Under the pieces are notes generated by a model. It did not search any database. It was not told the origin of the DNA and saw only the letters and a list, made by a program, of their open reading frames with translations. Positions 51,261-61,122 of a stretch of 64,000 nucleotides of DNA are shown here, piece by piece. Positions within the stretch are counted from its first letter, which is position 1. Every line of letters starts with the position of its first letter. The DNA comes from an uncultured Gammaproteobacteria bacterium (GTDB taxonomy: Bacteria; Pseudomonadota; Gammaproteobacteria; Legionellales; Legionellaceae): positions 1,170-65,169 of the forward strand of contig CAVYYU010000001.1 in NCBI GenBank assembly GCA_963772805.1, given 5' to 3'. A program made the position numbers and the translations under genes.

Positions 51261-53561
51261 TTAAGATAACAATGCTTTTTTAATTATTTCAGAAGAATTT
51301 AGTACAAAGTTAATTTGATTACTGCCTGTCAAAGTAGCACCAATGACAAAAGGCATATTGGTTAATGGCTCTTGCAACGGCTTAAGCACAACTTCCCTTT
51401 CGCCAATAATTTCATCGACGAGCAAAGCAATACGCTCCCAATTTTTCTTAACGATAACTACAGACAGATACTCTTTTGAATTGCGTGTATTTTCATCAAG
51501 ATACAATATCCTGGCCAAAGAGCTTAACAAAACCGGTTGCTGCTTGACAAGAACAGTAGGGCTTCCTTCCACCTCCACAATATCGCTTTTTTTTAGCAAT
51601 AAAACACTTTCTACAGAGCTGGTAAGAATCACAAATACTTGCTCATTGCATGAAACAATCAAGCCACGTTCGGTTGCCAGGGTAATGGGAACGCGCAAGA
51701 AAAAATGTGTGCCATTGCCTGGCTGGCTGGTTACACTAACTAGCCCTTTCAACTGGGTCAGGTTAGAACGAACAATATCCAAGCCTACACCTCGTCCAGA
51801 AATACCTGTTACCACCTTACGGGTAGAAAAGCCTGGGCGAAAAATAATATCTAAAATGTCCGTAGGGCTCATCATATCAAGCTCAGTTTGCGTGATAATA
51901 TTTTTTTCCAAGGCGCTACGAGCTAAATTATCTGGGTTAATCCCCGCGCCATCATCAGAGATTTCGAAGATAATTTGATGATCTTCCTGATACACCTTAA
52001 GACGAATGTTCCCTTGCAATGATTTACCTGCTGCCTGACGTTGTTCCGCATCTTCGATGCCATGATCAATTGCGTTACGCAAAATATGCACAATAGGATC
52101 TTTTAATCCTTCCAAGATCATCTTATCAATTTTTACATCATTGTTTTTAATATCAAAATTAACTGGTTTTTGTAGTTCATTAGCTAAATCACGCACCAGC
52201 CGTGGCAAATAACGCAACTGGCTGTCTACTGAAATCAAACGTATAGTACGAATTTCATCCTGCAGCGCATTGAATAAAACAGATAACTCATTAACCGGCA
52301 TACGCAATCCTCGCTGTAACCGATGGGTGGCATTGCTGATTTCAGAAAGCTCTGAAAATTGGGTAGAAAATAACGTGTCTAAACGCTCTTCTTCACCATC
52401 AAAAAGACGTCTAAAACTTAATATGTTTTTTTTCCAGGCTTTAATAAAATAATCGATTTTGCAATTTATTTTGTTAAGATCTGCATAATGTTCCTCAATG
52501 GCAATTTTAACGCCCTGGATTTCTTCCATATCGGCTGAAATACGATCCAAATTTTGCAGAGGTACGCGGATGGATTCATACTCATTCACTTTGCCTTTCG
52601 TTACAAAACGGTTAAGTGCCACATCAGGCTCAAGGAGCTGTTCAACGAGCGGTTTTACTTGCGTGGGGGCTTCTTGCTGAGAAAACTCAGTATATTTCCG
52701 CAGCTGCAACAAATGATTTTGTAGATCAAAAGATAAAGGTATTTCCTCACTATAACATTGCATTGCCTCATTCATGTAATCAATCGATTGCAAACAAAGA
52801 TTAATTATTCCGGGAGAAATTCTAATGCTTTTTTGCTCAATTGCCGTAAATAAAGTTTCCAGATGATGTGCGATTTCACCAACGTTAATCGCACCAACTC
52901 CGCGAGCAGAACCTTTAATATTATGCGCTGCGCGAAAAAGCTCTTCTAAGAGCGCTACAAATCGCTGCTCCGATATGCCATCTTTTTCAAGCTGCAACAA
53001 ACCATCAGTAATTTTGATTAGATTTTCCTGAAGTTCTACTTTAAAAGTTGCAATAATTTTTTTTAAAAACTCGCGTTCAGAGGTATTAGAGGACTGCGTA
53101 GCCAACGGAAGAAAAAACCCTTCAGGAACGGATGGTTCTGGTATAACTGCAGCCTCCTCCCCTTTTTCGCTCAAATGTACTTGTTGCTGCAATTGATGTA
53201 GTAATTCACGAATATGAGCAGAACATGGTTTTTTTTCGACGAACTCTTGCATGACCTCACGCATACCCTCCACAGAGAGAAAGACTAAATCAACGCATTC
53301 AGCGGTTACCTCATGCTCTGACACAAATAATTTTTCAATGGACTCAGCCATCTTCGCAAGATCATTAATCCCAACCGAAAGCGCAGCAACTTTAATATTA
53401 CGGCCAGAGCGAGAAATTTCAGCAATAATGGGCTTTAAATCATTATCTGAGGTGCCTGACTTAATTTTTTGTAAATTATCCGTTATCACCGAAAGTAGCG
53501 ATTCCAACTCGGCATTAAAGGTTACAATTAACTGTTTTAGCAAGGGCTCATCTGGAATCAT
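51261..53561 (-). CDS. cheA: CheA-type histidine kinase with two HPt-like domains (the first lacks the His), an HATPase domain and a C-terminal CheW-like domain; no receiver
   Basis: HPt2 is FRAAHNIKGSARGVG (His codon at 52923-52925). HPt1 is RSGRNIKVAALSVG, with Arg in the His position (~53400-53402). N box HILRNAIDHGIE, G1 DDGAGI and G2 GRGVGLDIV are present. Confidence 0.9.
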   Translation of the reverse strand: MIPDEPLLKQLIVTFNAELESLLSVITDNLQKIKSGTSDNDLKPIIAEISRSGRNIKVAALSVGINDLAKMAESIEKLFVSEHEVTAECVDLVFLSVEGMREVMQEFVEKKPCSAHIRELLHQLQQQVHLSEKGEEAAVIPEPSVPEGFFLPLATQSSNTSEREFLKKIIATFKVELQENLIKITDGLLQLEKDGISEQRFVALLEELFRAAHNIKGSARGVGAINVGEIAHHLETLFTAIEQKSIRISPGIINLCLQSIDYMNEAMQCYSEEIPLSFDLQNHLLQLRKYTEFSQQEAPTQVKPLVEQLLEPDVALNRFVTKGKVNEYESIRVPLQNLDRISADMEEIQGVKIAIEEHYADLNKINCKIDYFIKAWKKNILSFRRLFDGEEERLDTLFSTQFSELSEISNATHRLQRGLRMPVNELSVLFNALQDEIRTIRLISVDSQLRYLPRLVRDLANELQKPVNFDIKNNDVKIDKMILEGLKDPIVHILRNAIDHGIEDAEQRQAAGKSLQGNIRLKVYQEDHQIIFEISDDGAGINPDNLARSALEKNIITQTELDMMSPTDILDIIFRPGFSTRKVVTGISGRGVGLDIVRSNLTQLKGLVSVTSQPGNGTHFFLRVPITLATERGLIVSCNEQVFVILTSSVESVLLLKKSDIVEVEGSPTVLVKQQPVLLSSLARILYLDENTRNSKEYLSVVIVKKNWERIALLVDEIIGEREVVLKPLQEPLTNMPFVIGATLTGSNQINFVLNSSEIIKKALLS

Positions 53562-53569
53562 AGCGCCCC

Positions 53570-55432
53570 CTAAACTTTATAGATGCTTACATCATCTTTA
53601 AGATGCTTCGCAATTTCATCCAATTTATGAATGAAATCCATCATTTCCTTAATACCGCCGGAGAACGTCGATGTAGTTCGATTAATTTCATTCATACTTT
53701 CAACGATTTGTTCGATACCGACCGCTTCTTGACGTATGGCCACTTCGATATGTTGGCTTGAAATCGAAGCCTCATTAATCATTTTACTTAAGGTGTGGAT
53801 CACCTCCCCCGCTTTTTCAATTAATTGTGTGCCAGACCCCAAGGTTTTTGCCCCCTCTTCAGTCACGGTAACTGCTTTTTCAGTAGTACGACGAATGTCT
53901 TCGAGAATTTTTTGCACTTGCACAGTAGATTGCTCTGATTGTTCTGCTAAATTTCTTACTTCGGTAGCTACTGCAGCAAAGCCTTTTCCGGCCTCACCTG
54001 CTTTTGATGCCTCAATAGCTGCATTCAAAGCCAGCATTTTTGACTGTTGCGCAAGGCTATTCACCACAGCCGTGATTTCCCCGATTTGTTGCGTGTGAAT
54101 ACTTAAATCAAGAATTGTTTGCGCGATAAGTTTCATTTTTTCTTCTGAAGCTTTAATGCCATGAATGCTTTGTACTACAGATTCCGTACCGAGCTTTCCT
54201 TGTTCATAAGTATTTTTAGCAACATCACGTAAGGCTTGAGCTTTATTCATGGTTTGTTTTGAACTCTTATCAATTTCCTCCAAAGAAGCACTAATTTCAT
54301 TAATTGCTGAAGCCTGTGAATTAATACTCTCGGTCTGCTCACTTGCAGAGGTGATCACTTTATCTACCATAGTAACAATTTCATTACTCACTTGAGTAAT
54401 TTTTTGAGTACTCGATGCCAAAGCATCGGTCATCAAATTTAAATCATTACCTAAATCTTGCAATACATCTTCTTTATCAAGTACGAGTCGCTCCCTCAGA
54501 TCGCCAGCAGCTACTTTACTGCTATGCAGACTGAACTTATTCGATGAATTCACCAATTGTTCCAGAAGTCGCCGTGATTGCTCTTCATTTTTACGCATTT
54601 TCTCTTCATTTTCTTTAATTGCTTGTTGCATGCTTTTAAGTGATAACAGCATCTTGCCTAATCTATCTAAAGTATGAATTTGAATATCGATATCACGCTC
54701 ACCTGCAGCAATACGTTCAGCAATTTCAATCACATTATCTATTGGACCTGAAAGAGTACGTTGTGTTATTAGAGGGACAATAATTGTTAACACAATTGCG
54801 AGAATTAACAGCGCATATGCCGATTGTTTGAGTGTTAATAAAGTTTCATCAATATGGCGCGTGTTTTTGGTAATTTCTTGCCTTATATCACTGTATAATC
54901 CACCAACTCGTTGTCCACGTTCATTAGAATAAGCACCATCAATAATATCAATCAAGTGGCTGCTAAGGGGTCTTACCTTCTCTGAGGCATGCTGCAAGCC
55001 CTCTATTGTGCTTGCATTTCTTAGCATATGCATCACCGCCAATTGCCCCTGATATACCGGCTCATAAAGTTGTGTTAATTGTCGCCAATTCTCCAGGATC
55101 TCTTGATTACCTAACTTAGTTAATGCCTCATGCCATATTTCTTTGGTCTTATTAATTTCATCCCAAACACGTATAAATTCAAGCTCATCATTAGGATCTC
55201 CGGTCATTATCCAATGCGCAACGATATCTCTAGTCTGATAAATCTGGGTATCTAATACCGCAGATAAATTAACCTCATAGATTTGTTTACTAGAAAAAAT
55301 TATGGAGTTAATTTTGGGTAATAAAAGCATAATTAACAGCACAAGAGGCAGGCTTAATGATAGAAACCCTATAAATAAACGGGTTCGGAGCGTAATAATA
55401 AAATGTGGCTTCCTAACTGTTTCCATAAACAT
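53570..55432 (-). CDS. Methyl-accepting chemotaxis protein (2 TM segments, periplasmic sensor, HAMP, signalling domain)
   Basis: Highly conserved hairpin tip [36 protein letters not shown]. Confidence 0.9.
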   Translation of the reverse strand: MFMETVRKPHFIITLRTRLFIGFLSLSLPLVLLIMLLLPKINSIIFSSKQIYEVNLSAVLDTQIYQTRDIVAHWIMTGDPNDELEFIRVWDEINKTKEIWHEALTKLGNQEILENWRQLTQLYEPVYQGQLAVMHMLRNASTIEGLQHASEKVRPLSSHLIDIIDGAYSNERGQRVGGLYSDIRQEITKNTRHIDETLLTLKQSAYALLILAIVLTIIVPLITQRTLSGPIDNVIEIAERIAAGERDIDIQIHTLDRLGKMLLSLKSMQQAIKENEEKMRKNEEQSRRLLEQLVNSSNKFSLHSSKVAAGDLRERLVLDKEDVLQDLGNDLNLMTDALASSTQKITQVSNEIVTMVDKVITSASEQTESINSQASAINEISASLEEIDKSSKQTMNKAQALRDVAKNTYEQGKLGTESVVQSIHGIKASEEKMKLIAQTILDLSIHTQQIGEITAVVNSLAQQSKMLALNAAIEASKAGEAGKGFAAVATEVRNLAEQSEQSTVQVQKILEDIRRTTEKAVTVTEEGAKTLGSGTQLIEKAGEVIHTLSKMINEASISSQHIEVAIRQEAVGIEQIVESMNEINRTTSTFSGGIKEMMDFIHKLDEIAKHLKDDVSIYKV

Positions 55433-56006
55433 CTCCTATCTTGTATACGCTTTTCTTAATTTCTTGACTTAATCCTAAGACAAGAGCATCAATATTCAGA
55501 ATGGCAGTAACGGCTTGATCTAAGCCAAGAATGTATTCAGTATGAGCAACATTCACCGAAGTTAAAGGAACACCTAACCGACTCGGTTGATAAATACCAC
55601 TGCCCTCAACACAATTAATCAATAGACCCAAAGTAACATCATTTGTATTAATAACAATAATAATTTTACTGCATGATTCCAAACGAGCTGGATGAAAAAA
55701 CTTCATCAGATCAATTACGGTAATCAAAGCACCGCGCCAATTGATTACCCCGGTAATAAAATCAGGAACAAAAGGCGGTTTGGCTATAGAAACATAATGT
55801 AAAACTTCATGAATATGTTGATAAGCAATCCCATAATGCTCATTTGGACCAAGTCTAAATCGTACATAAGCAACACCATTTGGCTCACTTACACTCTGTT
55901 CATACTGAGCAAGCTGCTCCGCACGTGCTTGGAGTACACGTAGTGCCGCATCACCCTTGGGCATTAATTCTGAAGCATGTTTTTGTACTTTAGTCATTGC
56001 TGCCAA
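55413..56006 (-). CDS. cheW: CheW-like coupling protein
   Basis: CheW domain ([19 protein letters not shown]). A 20-nt overlap with the mcp start. Confidence 0.8.
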   Translation of the reverse strand: MAAMTKVQKHASELMPKGDAALRVLQARAEQLAQYEQSVSEPNGVAYVRFRLGPNEHYGIAYQHIHEVLHYVSIAKPPFVPDFITGVINWRGALITVIDLMKFFHPARLESCSKIIIVINTNDVTLGLLINCVEGSGIYQPSRLGVPLTSVNVAHTEYILGLDQAVTAILNIDALVLGLSQEIKKSVYKIGDVYGNS

Positions 56007-56040
56007 AATTCCTTTCGCGGTTATTTAGAGTCTATTGCCC

Positions 56041-56155
56041 TTTCTACTCTCTTGGCCAAATGAGTCAATTTTCTGTACCCCGATGCACACGTACTTGATG
56101 TATGCTCCGCTTCGCTGCGCAAAAATCAACTCACGGTGACTCAATCTAACGAAAT
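56041..56155. repeat. ~115-bp hairpin-forming intergenic repeat, copy A (overlaps the last 5 codons and the stop of cheR)
   Basis: It aligns by eye with 60521-60620: tttctact.tcttgg...attttctgt.c.ccgatgc.cac.t.cttgatgtatg...gactcaatcta.cgaaat. Confidence 0.7.
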
Positions 56156-57001
56156 ATCAACAGAGCCTAAAGAAAAATAGATTGCTCCATTATGGTGAAA
56201 AACAAGATTTGTTTCTGCCGTAACAATGGGATCAGAGGCACCCAGTACAAGATAAGCGCTCTCGGCCATAGTTGCACTTAATTTTTTCATGATTTTTACA
56301 ACAAACTCACTATCAAAATAAATTAGCACATTGCGGCATAAGATTAAATCAATCTCATTGATTCCATTAAGAATAGATGGATAACTATTATCACTCAAAT
56401 TAAGGTATTTAAAGTTCACCAAATTACGAATCTTGGGGGAAAGAACATAAGTACGCTCCTCTTTAGAGAAATAGCGTTGCAAATAGAGTTCTGAAATAGA
56501 GCGCATTGACCACTGCCGGTAAACACCTGCCTGTGCCTTTGCCAAAGCGGTCGTGTTAATATCAGTGCCTAATAGTTGCAAATTCCAACCATCAATGTTC
56601 GGTATTAATTCAGACAACAGCATCGCAATAGTATATATTTCCTCGCCTGTTGAACAACCTGCACTCCAAATTTTTAAAGTAAAATTATTTTTCTTTTGCT
56701 TTATTAACTGCGGCAATATTATTTTTTCCAATAAATGCATTTGATTTTTATCGCGAAAAAAATAGCTTTCCCCGACAGTAATTGCCGCAACTAAATCAGC
56801 CAGTAAAGAGGAACTATTGGAGCAACGCGTTAATTGATGCAAATATTCTTGAGGTGAATAATTGAATTTATGACACGCATCGATAATTGTTTTCACCAGC
56901 GCCCGTGTCTGATTAATATGAACAACAAGCCCAAATCTTAGACGAATTAATTCAATAAATTCAGATTCCAAAATTTTTATACTATTCAATAAATTATTCA
57001 T
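56141..57001 (-). CDS. cheR: CheR-type MCP methyltransferase
   Basis: CheR N-terminal helical domain plus a SAM-MTase domain (IWSAGCSTGEEIYTIAMLL, CRNVLIYF). Confidence 0.9.
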   Translation of the reverse strand: MNNLLNSIKILESEFIELIRLRFGLVVHINQTRALVKTIIDACHKFNYSPQEYLHQLTRCSNSSSLLADLVAAITVGESYFFRDKNQMHLLEKIILPQLIKQKKNNFTLKIWSAGCSTGEEIYTIAMLLSELIPNIDGWNLQLLGTDINTTALAKAQAGVYRQWSMRSISELYLQRYFSKEERTYVLSPKIRNLVNFKYLNLSDNSYPSILNGINEIDLILCRNVLIYFDSEFVVKIMKKLSATMAESAYLVLGASDPIVTAETNLVFHHNGAIYFSLGSVDISLD

Positions 57002-57470
57002 GATCTGCAGAATAGTGATGAGCTTCTTGTGTTAGTTTCAGTGCAAACACCCAAAGAATATTCAGCAACAGTGAAACGCCTGTTGCCAGAGTAACTGCTC
57101 CTAAAAATGGCGAATGCCCTTCTGTAAGCTCTTCATGTATTTCAATGTTTTCTTCACAAATCGCACCAAGTCCAATCACTTTATCTACAATCAAAGCAAC
57201 ATGGTGTATTCCATCAGAGCAAAGCAGAATGGGTATATTTAAAGAATATATTTGCTCACGTGTCAAACCAATACAAACTGCTAAATCAAAAACAGGAACA
57301 CAGGTATTTTTAAGATTCATCAACCCGACAAAATAGACCGGACTACCTGGAATGGTTTCAAGCATAGGTAAAGGAAGTATTTTTTCTACATAACGCAAAT
57401 CCAAACAGCAGTGTACGTCTTGCAAGAGAAAATGAAGAACATTTATGCAATTACCGTCCTCTTCAACCAC
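56994..57470 (-). CDS. Second CheW-like protein
   Basis: CheW-domain-like (VGLMNLKNTCVPVFDL). An 8-nt overlap with cheR. Confidence 0.7.
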   Translation of the reverse strand: MVEEDGNCINVLHFLLQDVHCCLDLRYVEKILPLPMLETIPGSPVYFVGLMNLKNTCVPVFDLAVCIGLTREQIYSLNIPILLCSDGIHHVALIVDKVIGLGAICEENIEIHEELTEGHSPFLGAVTLATGVSLLLNILWVFALKLTQEAHHYSADHE

Positions 57471-57753
57471 TTAGCCCCCGTCCTAAGAAGATTTCTTTTT
57501 TATTCTTATATTTATAGACCTAATCTACACAGCACACAAGGTAAAAAATGAACAATCTAGCTATAAGCCGGAGGGAGTGTTTCTTTTTCGAAGTTATTCT
57601 TGCACCCGAAGCCCGTAAATTGGGCGCTTTCCCTGAGGTATTGCCAATGGTTAATATCTGTTATTCCCCTTAGCTCAAAAGTAGATTGTGCAAAGTCCAA
57701 CAACGGAGCGAAACGACCGCCATAATGTTGGGCGACTCTGCAATCCGCTTATA

Positions 57754-58095
57754 TTATCCTTTTTTAACAAACTGTGACTTTAATTTCATTGCACCAATTC
57801 CCTCAATTTTACAATCAATGTCATGATCACCATCAACCAAGCGAATATTCTTAACTTTCGTACCCACTTTAACTACCAGTGAGGAACCTTTAACCTTGAG
57901 ATCCTTTATAACCGTAACTGTATCGCCGTCTTGTAGAATCTGACCATTTGCATCTTTGATGACTCGGGCTTCATCGCGCGATTCTTCGGCATCATCCTTT
58001 GCCCATTCGTGGGTGCATTCTGGACAAATAAGCAGGCTGCCATCTTCGTACGTGTATTCTGAATTACATTTAGGGCATGGGGGTAATGTATGCAT
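57754..58095 (-). CDS. phnA: PhnA/YjdM-family zinc-ribbon protein
   Basis: [21 protein letters not shown], followed by the conserved C-terminal beta domain; 113 aa. Confidence 0.85.
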   Translation of the reverse strand: MHTLPPCPKCNSEYTYEDGSLLICPECTHEWAKDDAEESRDEARVIKDANGQILQDGDTVTVIKDLKVKGSSLVVKVGTKVKNIRLVDGDHDIDCKIEGIGAMKLKSQFVKKG

Positions 58096-58146
58096 GTTTT
58101 TTCCTAATAATAAACCAAGACCGTATTGTACAACCTAAGAATGCAA

Positions 58147-58566
58147 TTAGCATCCCATAACAGTAATTTTCAGATGCCGTTGATGCGGTTGGTAGCGATG
58201 TTCATAAAGATAGATCCCTTGCCATGTACCTAAAGCTAATTTTTTATTCTGTAGCGGAATGGTAAGACTTGTCTGCGTTAAAATGGTACGTATATGCGCA
58301 GGCATATCGTCCTCCCCTTCAATGATATGCTTAAAAAGTGGATCACCATCAGGGATTAGGCGTGCCAGAAAATGTTCTAAGTCTTTGCGAACCTGGGCAT
58401 CATAGTTTTCGCACAACATTAATGAGGCGCTGGTATGTTGAAGAAAAAAATGACATAGCCCCTGTTGAATCGAGGTATTTGCTAAAACGGCGGCAATTTT
58501 TGCTGAGATATCCGTTGTTCCTCTTCCTGCAGTCTCAACAGTCATGGAAAATTGTTCTAGGTTCAT
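58147..58566 (-). CDS. yjbQ: YjbQ/UPF0047-family protein
   Basis: HTSASLMLCENYD...DDMPAHIR...LGTWQGIYLYEHR signature; 139 aa. Confidence 0.85.
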   Translation of the reverse strand: MNLEQFSMTVETAGRGTTDISAKIAAVLANTSIQQGLCHFFLQHTSASLMLCENYDAQVRKDLEHFLARLIPDGDPLFKHIIEGEDDMPAHIRTILTQTSLTIPLQNKKLALGTWQGIYLYEHRYQPHQRHLKITVMGC

Positions 58567-58777
58567 AAATGAATCTCCTTACGTTTTATCAGGATAACTC
58601 CATAACAACTGTCATCCCATATCTGGCTAAATTTGCTTGATAAGACAAGCCAGTACTGAATTATTGTATAATTAATCTTTTTTTCCTATAATCCCCCTTG
58701 ATTTTTTGTCAAAAATAGGCAAAGATGCGCAAAAATATTCCACAAAGCCATTTTTTACTGCGCTTTATTTTGAAATT

Positions 58778-58809
58778 GGTGTTTGCTGTAAACACCTTTT
58801 CTCATTTTT
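58778..58809 (+). terminator. Terminator-like hairpin in the 5' leader of the permease gene (possible attenuator)
   Basis: ggtgttt-gctgt-aaacacc, followed by ttttctcattttt. It lies inside a 28-codon upstream ORF (ATG at ~58726). Confidence 0.4.
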
Positions 58810-58876
58810 AAGTGGGAAAAGGTTTAAAATATTGCGGATGAATATAGCATTGCTTCATCATCTTTAACTAAATAAT

Positions 58877-60358
58877 GTGAGAAATAAACAGCCTGTGAAT
58901 AATCGTAATTCAAAAACAACTAAGCCCATTAAAGACAGTGGTTACAGCCGAGGATTAAAAGACCGACATGTTCAACTAATTGCCCTTGGTGGGATTATTG
59001 GCTCAGGTTATTTTTTAGGTACTGGTGAGGTAATTAACCTCGTAGGTCCCGCGGTATTTCTAGCTTATGTGCTCGGTGGTTTAATTATTTTTCTAACGAT
59101 GCTGTGTATGGGTGAGCTTGCGGTAGCAATCCCCATTTCAGGTTCTTTCGTAACCTATACCGCCGATTTTATATCACCGTCTGTTGCCTGCGGCGTTGGG
59201 TGGTCCTATTGGATTAGCTGGGTGGCCTATATTCCAGCGGAATGCGTCGCGGGGGGTATCATCATGGAGATGTTTACCGGAGTCAATGGCTATGTCTGGG
59301 CTATTTGTTTTGGTTTATTAATTACCTATATCAATCTCGCTAAAGTAGATACCTTCGGTGAAATAGAGTTCTGGTTGGCCTTAATTAAAATTATGGCGTT
59401 GATGGGATTTGTTATTTTATCCCTTTTAATTTTCTTTGGCCTGGTTCATGGCAGTGAGCCTGCTGGCGTTATTGGGAGTAAGTACATTTTGGGTGATGGT
59501 GGCATGCTACCCAACGGGGTCATGTCCTTATTAACCGCCATGGTGCTTTTACTCGTTAACTATCAAGGCTCTGAAATCATTGGTCTTGCTGCTGGAGAAT
59601 CTGAAAATCCTGCGCGCATGATTCCCCATGCTATTCGCAATGTGACCTTTAGAATTCTTTTTATCTATATTATCCCTGTATTTTGTCTCGTTTTAATTTT
59701 TCCTTGGCAAAAGGCCGGTTTATCGAATTCGGTCTTTGCTGATGCGCTTAATATGTATGATTTAAAATGGGCGGGAATAGTAACAAGTTTTGTTACGCTG
59801 AGTGCGACCTTATCTTGTGCTAATTCTGGATTTTATGGCACCGTACGTGCTCTAAATGCGCTGGCACGTGATGGTATGGCTCCTCATACTTTTGCTAAAT
59901 TCAACCATAATTCAATCCCACAAAATGCGGTCATTGCGACCTTAATTATGATCTGGGTTCTTTTAGGTGTTGGTTACTTCTTCGGACAAACAAAACTATA
60001 TATCGCCTTACTTTTAGTATCTGGCTTTACCGGTACTCTCGCCTGGATTTCATTGTGCGCGTCACAAATTAGATTCAGAAATAGATTGTATCAAGCCGGC
60101 TATACTACAGCGAATCTGCGTTATATAACGCCCTACTCCCCCTATACAGGGATTTTGGCAATAATATTGATGTGTATTGCTCTCTTTTTCCTAGTGCTAA
60201 ATAAGGATCCCACCTATAAATGGGCATTCTATATTGGTACGATAAGTTTTGTGATTCCAATCGTAATCTATAAGGCATTCGACTTATCGAAAAAGAGACG
60301 CAAAGCATTGCACCTTAAAACTAGAGTCAAATTCCAGGATTTATTCCCCCCTGTATAA
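58877..60358 (+). CDS. APC-superfamily amino acid permease
   Basis: 12-TM profile with the N-terminal motif LKDRHVQLIALGGIIGSGYFLGTG typical of AroP/LysP-type permeases. GTG start. Confidence 0.85.
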   Translation: MRNKQPVNNRNSKTTKPIKDSGYSRGLKDRHVQLIALGGIIGSGYFLGTGEVINLVGPAVFLAYVLGGLIIFLTMLCMGELAVAIPISGSFVTYTADFISPSVACGVGWSYWISWVAYIPAECVAGGIIMEMFTGVNGYVWAICFGLLITYINLAKVDTFGEIEFWLALIKIMALMGFVILSLLIFFGLVHGSEPAGVIGSKYILGDGGMLPNGVMSLLTAMVLLLVNYQGSEIIGLAAGESENPARMIPHAIRNVTFRILFIYIIPVFCLVLIFPWQKAGLSNSVFADALNMYDLKWAGIVTSFVTLSATLSCANSGFYGTVRALNALARDGMAPHTFAKFNHNSIPQNAVIATLIMIWVLLGVGYFFGQTKLYIALLLVSGFTGTLAWISLCASQIRFRNRLYQAGYTTANLRYITPYSPYTGILAIILMCIALFFLVLNKDPTYKWAFYIGTISFVIPIVIYKAFDLSKKRRKALHLKTRVKFQDLFPPV

Positions 60359-60375
60359 CTTGAGCCTGAGTGTCA

Positions 60376-60397
60376 GCTGGGCCGTATAAAGCCCAGC
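60376..60397 (+). terminator. Hairpin downstream of the permease gene
   Basis: gctgggc-cgtataaa-gcccagc. There is no strong T tract. Confidence 0.4.
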
Positions 60398-60520
60398 ACC
60401 ATATCTAATCTCTAAACATCAATTTGTTGGATTAAATTCTTCCCAACCCTGTGCCAGATTCAATACTAAACATTACTTAGCTCTGCCTATTTCTTCATCT
60501 ATTCTAGGGGCTGTTGATAT

Positions 60521-60620
60521 TTCTACTATCTTGGTTCAAATAAATTGATTTTCTGTGCTCCGATGCTCACCTGCTTGATGTATGTCAAAAATAAATTTAT
60601 TTGGACTCAATCTAGCGAAA
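60521..60620. repeat. ~100-bp hairpin-forming intergenic repeat, copy B
   Basis: See copy A. It lacks the 16-nt ctccgcttcgctgcgc segment, and its arms (caaataaattgatttt / aaaaataaatttatttg) differ from copy A but still pair. Confidence 0.7.
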
Positions 60621-60757
60621 TGGCAACCCCCCTAATTTAATCAGGAAAATTGGACTATAATTTAATAAACTGATTCCTATAGAGACAATTGGAGATTAGC
60701 TCTACTCCAAGCAATAATTAATACAATAAGTCGCGAGTCAATTTGGGGAATTAGAAA

Positions 60758-61078
60758 ATGTCGTCATTAGAAATGGAAAATGAAATAAGACAATTAAAAG
60801 AAATAATTGTGCAATTACGCCTGAAGTTAGAGTCAAATTATATGGACATGCAAAGAAAAATCGAAAAAGAACGTTCGGATTATAACCAAATTATCATCCA
60901 ACTACAGACGTCAATAGTTGAATTAAGGTGTGAGCTTGAAGCCATAAGGACACAAAATCTAAAAAATGTAGAAGAAATTAAAAAAGAAAAAAATAGCGAA
61001 ATTTATCAATTGCAAGAAACAATAAAAGAAATGAGAATAAAGCTTGAGGTGGCAATTAATGATTCTACTAATCAATAA
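60758..61078 (+). CDS. 106-aa coiled-coil protein
   Basis: Heptad-rich, charged sequence located 44 nt upstream of the cyclase gene. Confidence 0.5.
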   Translation: MSSLEMENEIRQLKEIIVQLRLKLESNYMDMQRKIEKERSDYNQIIIQLQTSIVELRCELEAIRTQNLKNVEEIKKEKNSEIYQLQETIKEMRIKLEVAINDSTNQ

Positions 61079-61122
61079 TAGCTTCAATGATTTCATGTTT
61101 TTTAAGTTATTGAGATATAAAT

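Noticed and set aside
51343-51978. 211-aa plus-strand ORF inside cheA, and many 60-120-aa plus-strand ORFs inside the giant gene, mcp, cyclase and other minus-strand genes
   Set aside because: All are antisense to genes with strong motif support. Their translations are Ser/Ile/Leu/Phe-rich, typical of antisense frames in AT-rich coding DNA.
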